Shown: positions 51,170 to 63,079 of the stretch, piece by piece
Numbering within the stretch: the first letter of the stretch is position 1
How the letters are laid out: every line of letters starts with the position of its first letter
Source: Convolutriloba macropyga
Lineage: Eukaryota
Direction: 5' to 3'
DNA: 64,000 nt
Assembly: GCF_964194025.1 (NCBI RefSeq)
Contig: NC_134471.1
Coordinates: 61,628,001-61,692,000, forward strand
Notes under the pieces: model-generated
What the model was told of the DNA's origin: nothing
The model's database searches: none
What the model saw: the letters and a program-made list of their open reading frames with translations, nothing else
Program-made: the position numbers and the translations under genes

Positions 51170-54100
51170 AATTTTTGTTGGGTTTTGTGCGTGCTTGTGA
51201 GTTCCTGTACGTGTGTGTAAGTGCTATGCATAGGTGTTTGACCGTGAGAGGGAGCAGTTGTGTGAATATTTGTGTGCGTGTGCATTCTACTTTCATGGTA
51301 GTCTGTCTTCATAAATGCTTAATTGGTCGATATGTTCATAGACTCTACCATATTTGGATCTCGAAGTACTTTTTTGTTAGAAACGTCGGGGATTGAACGA
51401 TTGCTCTGTTTTTGGCATTAAACCAAGCCTCAGCTTGTTGCCTTTTATGATTTCATGGATTACTATATTTTTGGCTGGTCAGCCAAATTATTTTGATACT
51501 CCTGTCTGAAATTTAGCTTGTTGTTCCTGCTTTCTGACGCTTTTTGTTCCGACTCACTTTAGTGGGGGGAAGAACTATATACTCAAATGTGAGTAGAATC
51601 ATTAGAAAGCTCGTCCTGCGTAGAATACAATTAGAAAGGTTATCTTAGTTTCGGTTTTTAAAGGGAGTTATCGAGGTTTAATTTTTGTGAACATTTGAGT
51701 GATATCCTTGATTGATTGAATGATTTTGCTCACATTTTCCGTAATTCTGCTAACAATTTTTGTCATTTTTGCTAGAATTTTAGAATTATGCAACGATTTG
51801 AAAACAGTTGTTTTTAGAGATGTAGAAGTACTTCTGAACTGTCTTTAGCTAAAACTTTGGCATAGTATTGTTTTTTTTTTAATTTCAACCCTTTTTCCAT
51901 CAAAAAAGGAACCAAATATGCATCTTTTGCTCTCTTTGGATAAGTTTGCCGTAAATGCAGACAAAAAACTGCTTTCGAAATTGTGAATCTGTGGCAACTC
52001 CAGATTACGCAAGCCTCATGTGAGAGAGTTCTGAAGACAAAATTTTGCCGGTTTTCCGAAATTAAAAATGGACTTTTCAGCTTTTTCCACTTTTGAATCT
52101 TATTTTATCCACCAACTTGTTGCTTAGTCTCAGCAAAGACCGGGTGTATGTTTTCTATTGGAACAAAATTTAATCATAATCGCAAATTTATGTTTTGTAA
52201 AGTTTTTTGGCTTGGATACTATGAATTTTAAAACGAATTTTGTTGATTTGTGGACATTTGAAAATTTTTGATGTCCTTTTTTCATCTTTTGGCGCATTAT
52301 GACATTAATGAGAGGTCTTATATCACATTATTGGTGTTGAAAGCAAACTCAATTTCAAAAATCTAATATTTTTTGTGAGAGTAACAATTAGATTATCTAA
52401 CAATTAGATTATTGTTTTAACGGCTTCGACAGCGTTTCTCCGAAAATTTATTTGAATTTTGGACTTTTGTATTTATTTGTCTTTGTTTTTTGTAGACCTA
52501 TGACGTTTTCCGCTAATGGCAAGCCCTAATGGCTTCCTCTGAATGCATAAATAAAATATTTTGGTATCTCAGTTTCTATGGCTTTGTACTAAATTGTTTT
52601 CAAAAAGTATAAACGTATTTCATATCTTTGCTTTTCTCTTCTTTTTTGTCTCTTTTTTAGTCTCATGAGTTACCGTTCACAATTCACATTATTGATCGCA
52701 TGCTGCTGCAATTGATCTTTTTAAAAGATTATGACTTTAACTGCTTCGACCCTGTTTTCGCGCAAAATTTAATTATGTTTTATTTTTTTTGTTCCCTATG
52801 TAATCTTATGACATATGCTAGATTATGATAATTCCTAATCGCTTTCTGTTAAGACATACGTTTTAAAGTTTTCAAGGAAATGAAACCATTGATTTAGCAG
52901 ATTTTGCTTTTTGTCCGTTTCTTATCCAGTCAATAATGAAGGGTAACATACCAGATTATTGCTTTTAAAAGGATGCTAAATTGAAGCTTTCTGATTTTTT
53001 TTGTGAATAGATGTTTTTAACGGCTTCGACACTGTTTTCTTGTAAAATTCAATTAGGTTTTTCTTTGTTGTTTAGTAGTCACAGGGCAAATTCTGGATAA
53101 TTACAAATCTCAATCGACTTCAAAATTAACTGTTTTCAAAAACATTTGTATTTGCTAACTTTGTTCCTTTTCGGTCTTTTTGTCCATTTGTTAGCTATTA
53201 CCATTAGTGGAGGGTCACATATTACTTCATTGGTGTAGAAAAGTGGCGGAATGAAGGCGTCTAATGTTTTAATGAATGGATTATTGTTTTAACGGCTTGG
53301 GACCACGTTTTCTCGCAACATTAATTTCGCAATATTAAGGTTGGTTTCGGCATTTGCGTTTTTTGTTGTGATATAGTATATTCTGGAATATGGCAAGTCT
53401 AAGTCGCTGCCTATGGAGGTGTAAATGAATCCATCTCCATCTAATGTATTCAGCGGTTAGCTAAACTTGTTTTATAACTTGACCCTTTAATTTTTTTCTA
53501 CGCGTTACCTAGTATTAACTAAGGGTAGGTCCTATATCTTTTCTAATGAAGTACAAGTTAATTAGGTTAGTTTGTTTTTTCTGATGCTTTTTGGACTATG
53601 TTATTAAGTATTACTCAAAGTAGACATCGAAATTAATTTGGCCGTAATTAATGCTTGTCGTTAATATTTGATTTTGCTGTTTGTTTTGTCTCGCAGCCTT
53701 ATTAATGGCAGATTTCAGAGGCCCTCTAATGTGTTATTTTTAAAAAACTTTTTTAGTAGTTTGAATTGACATTTTTTAAAAATTTTATCACATGAGTTCT
53801 CATCAGAACAAAATGTGAACTTTTAAAAATTGTTATTTTGTTTCCTTTTTTGTAGGCAATTAAATGAGGTTGAGTGGGGTCGGAACATCATGTGCGAACA
53901 AACATTACCGAGCCTCCTTGTTTCAGAAGAATTAATGACCGTTCAGACGTTTAAAAAAACGACAATATTAATGCTTTCCTTATGTTCATTTTTGTTGAAA
54001 ATGTTTTCTTACATTGTTAAGAGCAGATCTTTTTGTCGAAATCGCTATTGCCGTCATTTTATGTAACTACGGATGTACATATTGCATTTCCAAAAACATT

Positions 54101-54535
54101 GTTAACAAAAACCAATAAAAGGAACGGATTTTATTTTTTGGCGGTCTGAATCATTCTGAAACAAAAAGTTGGCAGAGAAAGCACAAAACAAGCTTAATTT
54201 CTGACGGGAGTATGAGAATAGCTTGGCTGATCAGCTAAAAGATTAGAGCAATCTCTAAACTCATAAATAAAAGGCCGTTATTTAATGTGCAAAACACAGC
54301 CCCGACGTTTCTACCAAAAAAGTACTTCGACATTCAAATAGGATACAACATATGAATGTATCACCCAATTGAGCATTCAGGCATACAGACTTACATGCTC
54401 ACGCAAGCAAACAATTACGCGCATGCTCCTTCCTTCACACGGCAAACACCGATGCATAACACTTACGCCCACGCACAGAGGAGCATGCACACCAGAACAT
54501 GCACGCAGAAACACAAACAAACACGCTTCACTGTT
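51170..54535. mobile_element. Fold-back element with ~500-bp diverged inverted arms, left arm split by a family B insertion
   Basis: tcgaagtacttttttgttagaaacgtcgggg (51361) versus ccccgacgtttctaccaaaaaagtacttcga (54300); pairing continues at 53918-54010 versus 54070-54165. Confidence 0.72.
51541..53923 (+). mobile_element. Helentron/DINE-like element, family B (~2.4 kb) in RABL3 intron 3
   Basis: 5' ttgttccgactcactttagtggggg; 3' ggggtcggaacatcatgtgcgaacaaacattaccgagcctccttgttt. Confidence 0.72.
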
Positions 54536-55797
54536 GACGAATCTGATTCATGATTTTCAATTTCATATCAGACTTTTAAAAAGTTTGTTAATAATGGATG
54601 CCAAATTTGATTTGGTCAAATAGTCTTTAGAGGTTATTGTAAGCATCTGAAAATCGTTCATTTGAAATTTGAATTTTAAAAAAATCTTTCAAACGACAGA
54701 TGAGCGGTTGGCTTCGTCAGTAGCTAGCCACGGTTTAGTGAGGCTAGCTTTAGCTTGATTTGACTCTGAAACTCTTAGTTTTCTAGCCTTGTTAGATAAT
54801 AAATCAAACAGAAAACTGATATTTTCAAAATTTTTAAAATATTGCAAAATTTAAAAGAAGTTTCCAGATTTGGCAGTGAAAAAAGTGTTCAAAACGAGTT
54901 TGTGTCTCTGGAGTTTTGTCAAGTAACCAATTTGCAGGATTTAAAAAGTTTCGTTGGCCAGTAATGATGTTTAAACACAGAAAAGGACGAAAATATTCAA
55001 AAATTTTAAAAACAATTGCAAGTTTTAACAAAATCTTGCTAAAATTTGTGATATTAAAATCTTCAGAACCACTTCATTCTTTCGTTACACTATACAGTAT
55101 CCCTATTTCAAGCCTTAAATAGTTTCAATGGCTCATAATGATCCATAATCTTGGAACATGATAATAATTTTCGAAAAATTAAAAAAAATTTAATTTTATC
55201 AAAAAATTGCTAAAACTCTAGTTATTTAAACTTTGGTAATTGTTCCATAAGCTCTAGAAAGTTTGCAGCAGCTTCTTATCAAACCATGGAGGAGGTACTT
55301 AGGACAATGGTGCCGGAAAATATAAAAAAATTAAAATATTTAAAACACTTAAAATTGCAAATATTTTAAAAAATTGCTGAAGTTCGTAATATTAAAATCT
55401 TTAAAAACTTTCCATTACATCGAAAAACTGTGCAGTAACCTATTATCAGACCCTAGAGGAGGTTGTGTGGCTCTTGAGGCTGGAGAAACCTAAAAAAATG
55501 ACAAAAAATTTCAAGAAAAACTTAATAAAAACTTAAGAAAAACTTAATAGTAAGCATCTGAAAATCGTTCATTTGAAATTTGAATTTAAAAAAAATCTTT
55601 TTGAAGGCATTGAAAAACTATGAAACTTGATGCGAAACCCAAAAAAAAAAAAGAGAATTGGTAAAGCATTTGAATAGTATTTTCGCCTTAATGTAATAAT
55701 GTTACAAACGTTAATGATGAGTCTCCACGTTTGCAACCTCTAACCCTGTGAATCCGGAAATAATCCTGCTTTTTCGATTATTCTCGTTAATGTTTAG

Positions 55798-56173
55798 GTA
55801 CCTCTCAGTTCCAGTTCTAGTAGTGGGCACTAAAGCTGACATGATGCCGAGCCCTGCCAGACTTGACCGAGTGACGACAATCGGAAAAGACCTCGGAGCC
55901 TGTGATACAATCAAATTAAATTGTCTCAACCCAAGTACTGTTCAACCAGGAACTTCATGTGCAGTTACACTAAGCAAATTCTACGACAAAGTAATTGAGA
56001 ATTCGACGAGTACTAAACTGAACAATAGTTATAGCGGTAGTAATTATGCTAGTACAGATATCAATAGTGGAAGTAGAGTTACGAGTGGTGGTGTTGGTAG
56101 TGGTAAATTATCCTCATCGGCTAATTATTCCAAACTGTCATCAGGTAATTTAACAAGGATTCATATTGAATAA
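55798..56173 (+). CDS. RABL3: Rab-like protein 3, terminal exon 4 (joined protein about 286 aa)
   Basis: tgtttag|G; VPVLVVGTKAD (G4), IKLNC, LSKFYDKVIE; Ser/Gly-rich tail; AATAAA at 56238-56243. Confidence 0.88.
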
Positions 56174-57514
56174 ATATATATTTGCTTACTTTGAACCAAT
56201 CCTTCTGATAAATTATTGTATGTGTTTAATATAGGGTAATAAAGCCGTATTGTTTTTGTTCTCTTTTAGCTCGCATTAACAAATCTTTTTCATCGTCATA
56301 AAACCCGGAGACAGCATTTTTTCTATCATTATTGCATTCTTATTCGGAAAAAATTGACATCGAAAAAAAGCATAGAACATAACCGACTAAAGTCGGGCAA
56401 ATTGCTCTCAAACGACAGATGAGCGGTTGGCTTCGTCAGTAGCTAGCCACGGTTTAGTGAGGCTAGCTTTAGCTTGATTTGACTCTGAAACTCTTAGTTT
56501 TCTAGCCTTGTTAGATAATAAATCAAACAGAAAACTGATATTTTCAAAATTTTTAAAATATTGCAAAATTTAAAAGAAGTTTCCAGATTTGGCAGTGAAA
56601 AAAGTGTTCAAAACGAGTTTGTGTCTCTGGAGTTTTGTCAAGTAACCAATTTGCAGGATTTAAAAAGTTTCGTTGGCCAGTAATGATGTTTAAACACAGA
56701 AAAGGACGAAAATATTCAAAAATTTTAAAAACAATTGCAAGTTTTAACAAAATCTTGCTAAAATTTGTGATATTAAAATCTTCAGAACCACTTCATTCTT
56801 TCGTTACACTATACAGTATCCCTATTTCAAGCCTTAAATAGTTTCAATGGCTCATAATGATCCATAATCTTGGAACATGATAATAATTTTCGAAAAATTA
56901 AAAAAAATTTAATTTTATCAAAAAATTGCTAAAACTCTAGTTATTTAAACTTTGGTAATTGTTCCATAAGCTCTAGAAAGTTTGCAGCAGCTTCTTATCA
57001 AACCATGGAGGAGGTACTTAGGACAATGGTGCCGGAAAATATAAAAAAATTAAAATATTTAAAACACTTAAAATTGCAAATATTTTAAAAAATTGCTGAA
57101 GTTCGTAATATTAAAATCTTTAAAAACTTTCCATTACATCGAAAAACTGTGCAGTAACCTATTATCAGACCCTAGAGGAGGTTGTGTGGCTCTTGAGGCT
57201 GGAGAAACCTAAAAAAATGACAAAAAATTTCAAGAAAAACTTAATAAAAACTTAAGAAAAACTTAATAGTAAGCATCTGAAAATCGTTCATTTGAAATTT
57301 GAATTTTAAAAAAATCTTTTTGAAGGCATTGAAAAACTATGAAACTTGATGCGAAACCCAAAAAAAAAAGAGAATTGGTAAAGCATTTGAATAGTATTTT
57401 CGCCTTAATGTAATAATGTTACAAACGTTAATGATGAGTCTCCACGTTTGCAACCTCTAACCCTGTGAATCCGGAAATAATCCTGCTTTTTCGATTATTC
57501 TCGTTAATGTTTAG

Positions 57515-57890
57515 GTACCTCTCAGTTCCAGTTCTAGTAGTGGGCACTAAAGCTGACATGATGCCGAGCCCTGCCAGACTTGACCGAGTGACGACAATCG
57601 GAAAAGACCTCGGAGCCTGTGATACAATCAAATTAAATTGTCTCAACCCAAGTACTGTTCAACCAGGAACTTCATGTGCAGTTACACTAAGCAAATTCTA
57701 CGACAAAGTAATTGAGAATTCGACGAGTACTAAACTGAACAATAGTTATAGCGGTAGTAATTATGCTAGTACAGATATCAATAGTGGAAGTAGAGTTACG
57801 AGTGGTGGTGTTGGTAGTGGTAAATTATCCTCATCGGCTAATTATTCCAAACTGTCATCAGGTAATTTAACAAGGATTCATATTGAATAA
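57515..57890 (+). CDS. RABL3: Identical second copy of RABL3 terminal exon
   Basis: Same acceptor, coding sequence and AATAAA (57955-57960), 1717 bp downstream. Confidence 0.75.
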
Positions 57891-58092
57891 ATATATATTT
57901 GCTTACTTTGAACCAATCCTTCTGATAAATTATTGTATGTGTTTAATATAGGGTAATAAAGCCGTATTGTTTTTGTTCTCTTTTAGCTCGCATTAACAAA
58001 TCTTTTTCATCGTCATAAAACCCGGAGACAGCATTTTTTCTATCATTATTGCATTCTTATTCGGAAAAAATTGACATCGAAAAAAAGCATAG

Positions 58093-59765
58093 AACATAAC
58101 CGACTAAAGTCGGGCAAATTGCTCTCAAACGACAGATGAGCGGTTGGCTTCGTCAGTAGCTAGCCACGGTTTAGTGAGGCTAGCTTTAGCTTGATTTGAC
58201 TCTGAAACTCTTAGTTTTCTAGCCTTGTTAGATAATAAATCAAACAGAAAACTGATATTTTCAAAATTTTTAAAATATTGCAAAATTTAAAAGAAGTTTC
58301 CAGATTTGGCAGTGAAAAAAGTGTTCAAAACGAGTTTGTGTCTCTGGAGTTTTGTCAAGTAACCAATTTGCAGGATTTAAAAAGTTTCGTTGGCCAGTAA
58401 TGATGTTTAAACACAGAAAAGGACGAAAATATTCAAAAATTTTAAAAACAATTGCAAGTTTTAACAAAATCTTGCTAAAATTTGTGATATTAAAATCTTC
58501 AGAACCACTTCATTCTTTCGTTACACTATACAGTATCCCTATTTCAAGCCTTAAATAGTTTCAATGGCTCATAATGATCCATAATCTTGGAACATGATAA
58601 TAATTTTCGAAAAATTAAAAAAAATTTAATTTTATCAAAAAATTGCTAAAACTCTAGTTATTTAAACTTTGGTAATTGTTCCATAAGCTCTAGAAAGTTT
58701 GCAGCAGCTTCTTATCAAACCATGGAGGAGGTACTTAGGACAATGGTGCCGGAAAATATAAAAAAATTAAAATATTTAAAACACTTAAAATTGCAAATAT
58801 TTTAAAAAATTGCTGAAGTTCGTAATATTAAAATCTTTAAAAACTTTCCATTACATCGAAAAACTGTGCAGTAACCTATTATCAGACCCTAGAGGAGGTT
58901 GTGTGGCTCTTGAGGCTGGAGAAACCTAAAAAAATGACAAAAAATTTCAAGAAAAACTTAATAATGACAAAAAATGACAAAAAATTTCAAGAAAAACTTA
59001 ATAAACTTAAAAATAATCAAGTTTTTTCAAAAAATTGATAACGTTAGTGATATTAAACATTTGAAAACTATTCCATCGCAAATAAAATTTTTTCAGTTAC
59101 TTATTATCAAACCCTCAAGGTGGTTTTCTGGCCCCTGTGTCTGGAAAGACGTGAATATTGAAAAACGAATGAACAAAATTGAAAAAATTGCTATTTTTCA
59201 AAAAAAATTGCTAAAATTCGTGGTGTTAAAATTTGGAAACCATTCAACTACCACACGAAACTATGCAGTAACCTATTATCAAACCCCAGAGGAATTTCCT
59301 TGGCACTTAGGGCTGATAAAACTCAAAAAATGACAAAGATTTTCAAAAAGCTCGAAAAAAATTGTGAAAATTAGTAGAAATTTGCGTTTTTAACGAGCGG
59401 TTGTTCGTCAGTAGCTAGCCACGGGTGGGGGGGGGGGGTGGCTGCACCGTGGGGCTGATGGGGGGTAGGGCAAGAGTGGGGCGGGGGTAACAGAGTGGTG
59501 GAGGCGGGGGCAATAGTGGGGGGGGGGTCAACAATGGGGTTGTCTTCAACCTCTAAGAAGCGCCCTTCACACCATAAGTTCAAGTCTCCAAAACAGTTTG
59601 AACTGAAACAGAGCTGAATAGCTCTAAGTGCACTTAATGTTCGCTGGGCGCTACCTGTTTATCTCTTTTTTGAGGATGAAAAGTCAAAAGAGTCAGACGA
59701 AATGTTGGTCAAGTGAAAAATTGCATAAAAAAGAACGACTGGACTAATAAAATTATTATATAATT
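58093..59765 (-). mobile_element. Family C element or composite downstream of RABL3 (3' end also copied at 56376)
   Basis: + strand aacataaCCGACTaaAGTCGGgcaaattgctctc is the reverse complement of a family C 3' end; the 5' boundary is uncertain. Confidence 0.5.
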
Positions 59766-61198
59766 GATACTGGTCAATATTTGTGGTTCTTTGATTCTTT
59801 TTATATTGCCACTTTAGAAACCGGCCATATTGATGCTCAAATGATTTAAATGAAGGCCAACGCAGACATATAAAATCTATTCCGTTATTAGCTCATGCTT
59901 TTAAAGGCTTCAAAACTATTTTTTATAATTTTTCCTATATTTTGTTGAGTCTTGCAAGTATTTGTGTTATTTTGTAGTCTTTTGGCTGAGTTTCACTAAA
60001 GACAGGTGATTTTGGTCTCTCAAGCAGTTACCTGGATTTTATCTTGTATGTTCAGAAGAAAACTGATGGTTGTTGTGACCTCTGAACTTTTTTGTCTTAC
60101 AAAATTTCAAGAAAAACTTAAAAATAATCAAGTTTTTCAAAAAATTGCTAAAGGTAGTGATATTAAAAATTTGAAAACTATTCCATCGCAAATAAAATTT
60201 TTTCAGTTACCTATTATCAAACCCTCAAGGTGGTTTTCTGGCCCCTGTGTCTGGAAAGACGTGAATATTGAAAAATGAATGAACAAAATTGAAAAAATTG
60301 CTATTTTTCAAAAAAAATTGCTAAAATTCGTGGTGTTAAAATTTTGAAACCATTCAACTACCACACGAAACTATGCAGTAACCTATTATCAAACCCCAGA
60401 GGAATTTCCTTGGCACTTAGGGCTGATAAAACTCAAAAAATGACAAAGATTTTCAAAAAGCTCGAAAAAAATTGTGAAAATTAGTAGAAATTTGCGTTTT
60501 TAACGAGCGGTTGTTCGTCAGTAGCTAGCCACGGGTGGGGGTCTGCACCGTGGGGCTGATGGGGGGTAGGGCAAGAGTGGGGTGGGGTAACAGAGTGGTG
60601 GGGGCTGGGGCAATAGTGGGGGGGTCAACAATGGGGTTGTCTTCAACCTCTAAGAAGCGCCCTTCACACCATAAGTTCAAGTCTCCAAAACAGTTTGAAC
60701 TGAAACAGAGCTGAATAGCTCTAAGTGCACTTAATGTTCGCTGGGCGGTACCTTTTTATCCTTTTTTTTAGGACGAAAAGAGTCAGACGAAATATTGGTC
60801 AAGTGAAAAATTGCATAAAAAAGAACGAGAGGACTAATAAAATTATTATATAATTTATACTGCTCAATATTTGTGGTTCTTTGATTCTATTTATTTTGCC
60901 CCTCTAGAAACCGGCCATATTGATGCTCAAATGAGTTAAATGAAGACCAACGCAGACATGTAAAATCTATTCCGTTATTAGCTCATGCTTTTAAAGGCTT
61001 CAAAACTATTTTTTATAATTTTTCCTAGATTTTGTTGAGTCTTGCAAGTATTTGTTGTTATTTTGTAGTCTTTTGGCTGATTTTCACTAAAGACAGGGGA
61101 TTTTGGTCTCTCAAGCAGTTACATGGATTTTATCTTGTATGTTCAGAAGAAAACTGATGGTTGTTGTGACCTCTGAACTTATTTGTCTTACAAAATTT
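58981..61198. repeat. Tandem duplication, period ~1.1 kb, older
   Basis: 58981-60100 versus 60101-61198; aaaattt microhomology at the junction; numerous substitutions. Confidence 0.9.
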
Positions 61199-61485
61199 AA
61201 TAGAATTTTGAGCTTTGCCATTTTGCTCTTGTTTTTGTCGACTTGTTACATGGTCTCGTCGATACACTTCATTGTAAAGCTCATGTAAATTTGTTTAGTT
61301 CAGATTATACCTGATACTATTTGGACGTTGTTACCAAATGTATTTTTCAAACCAGATTGCCGGAATAGCTGCGAAAGAATAGACATGCGTTCCGTATAAT
61401 AGAGATAGAAACAAAGACACATCTAAATTGAAAAAAAAAACCACGCCACTCAAATATCTAGTTAAAAACCATCCAGCGATACATT

Positions 61486-61920
61486 AAATATAACCGACTT
61501 ACGTCGCGCGAATTGCTCTCAAACGACCGGTTAGCGGTTGACTTCGTCAGTAGCTAGCCACGGTTTAATGAGGGTAGCTTTAGATTAATTGAAGGGGCGT
61601 CAGGTGAGCGCAGTGGGGATGCACCGCAGCGGGGGTGCAAAAGTGGATTGATGTGGGGGTGGTGGTTGGGTGGGGAGTGGGATCAATTTCTAAGAGCCGC
61701 CCTTCACACCATAAGTACAGGTCTCCAAAACAGTTTGAGCTGAAACAGAGCTGAAAGGCTGAAAGAGCTTTTAATGCCCGCTGGGCGCTACCTGTTTATC
61801 CCATCTTTGAGGACGAAAAGTCAAAAGAGTCAGACGAAATTTTGGTCAAGTGAAAAATTGCATAAAAAAGACCTACAGGTCTAATATAATTGCTTCGAAT
61901 TTCGTTTGAGATCTATTAAA
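61486..61920 (-). mobile_element. Helentron/DINE-like element, family C
   Basis: + strand ataaccgacttacgtcgcgcgaattgctctc at left; aattgcttcgaatttcgtttgagatctattaaa at right; G-rich core. Confidence 0.65.
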
Positions 61921-62054
61921 AATTATATTTCTCATGACTTTGACTCCACAGTTACAGTCGTTTTTCTAGACAGTACCAGACCACCATTGTTGAAAATTTT
62001 ACTTTGACAGGGAAAGCTTAGACACTTTTTCCTGATAGAACAAATTTGGCAATA

Positions 62055-62425
62055 AAAAACATAAAGCGACTAATGTCGGAAGAATTGCTCTCAAACGACA
62101 GGCGGGTAGAAAAACATTTCACTCTGCCGGGACTCGAACCACTGACCTCTCAATCCGTAACCAGTTGGACTGAACACTCGGCTATCAGGCCCTAATTTTT
62201 GCTATGCTGTAACCGACTTTACAACAAGCTTTATTAGCAACAAGCTTTACTTTGGAGTGAGAGCAATAGAGACACTCAAAAATAGACACACGAAAGCGTG
62301 AAAAAGTTACTTGAGAAGTCAAAAAATGTTCTAGAAGAAAAGCGCAAAATGTTCAAGCAAAAAATTTGCATAAAAAAGGCCAACACGTTTACAATAATTG
62401 CTATGAACTTCAATAGCAATTAATC
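62055..62425 (-). mobile_element. Family C element carrying a tRNA-derived segment
   Basis: + strand aaacataaagcgactaatgtcggaagaattgctctc at left; aattgctatgaacttcaatagcaattaa hairpin at right; homologous to 32876-33260. Confidence 0.62.
62120..62192 (-). ncRNA. tRNA-derived (SINE-head-like) sequence, not an intact tRNA
   Basis: Minus strand GGCCTGATAGCCGAGTG...CTGGTTACGGATTGAGAGGTCAGTGGTTCGAGTCCCGG: A box, B box, Arg(ACG)-like loop, then T5; acceptor and T stems do not pair well. Confidence 0.7.
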
Positions 62426-62668
62426 AACTGAAATTATGTTGATCAGTGTAAATGATGAAATTCAGTGTACCATTTTTTTCGAATGTTTTCAATCTATGAG
62501 GTAGAACAAACTGGTTGAAATTTCTGTTAATTTTTGAAATAGAGACATGGTTCGTAAAAATATTTGTTAAGTTGCCACATCTGACAACTATAACCGCAAA
62601 CTAATCCTCACCTTCTTAAAGCTTATGACTAATTTTTTGATTAAATTTTTGTTTTGCATTTGAGATTG

Positions 62669-63079
62669 ATGGATGGAGCAACGGAAGAGCCGCATCCAGA
62701 CAAAATGTTTGAAATCTCAAAAAGGGTTGATTTCCAACTGGAATTATTGCATCTGAACCCTGAAACACGGACAGCCCTGTCCCATCTTAAAGTGCGCTCT
62801 TCCCAGGAATTTTCCTCTAAAATTGACGATATGAGAAAGGTTTTATCTGAAGATCAAATTAGAGAAGTCGAATCAAAATGCAAACAGTTCAAGAGGTGTG
62901 TGCATGGAGTTAAGAAACAAAGCGGCTATCAGCTATTGAAACAAACTGAAGAAAGAAAGAAATTCTGTGTTCGAAGCTTTTCAAAGAGTATTGACAATCA
63001 ATTAGGATGTGGATTTAGACAAGGTAAGATTGTGAGAGAAAATCAAAAACTTAGCAAGTGGTGCCAAAAATTTAATTGA
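62669..63079 (+). other. Unidentified ORF remnant (~137 codons from ATG), possibly transposon-derived
   Basis: Long open frame with coding-like composition; no motif recognised; appears to continue through stops to about 63210. Confidence 0.3.

Larger units (their letters stand above)
54639..58963. repeat. Tandem array of ~1717-bp units containing the RABL3 last exon (first unit lacks the exon)
   Basis: Units begin gtaagcatctgaaaatcg at 54639, 55550 and 57269; copies differ visibly only in homopolymer runs. Confidence 0.93.

Noticed and set aside
62120-62192. Functional tRNA-Arg gene
   Set aside because: Acceptor and T stems do not pair; only promoter boxes and loop resemblance remain.
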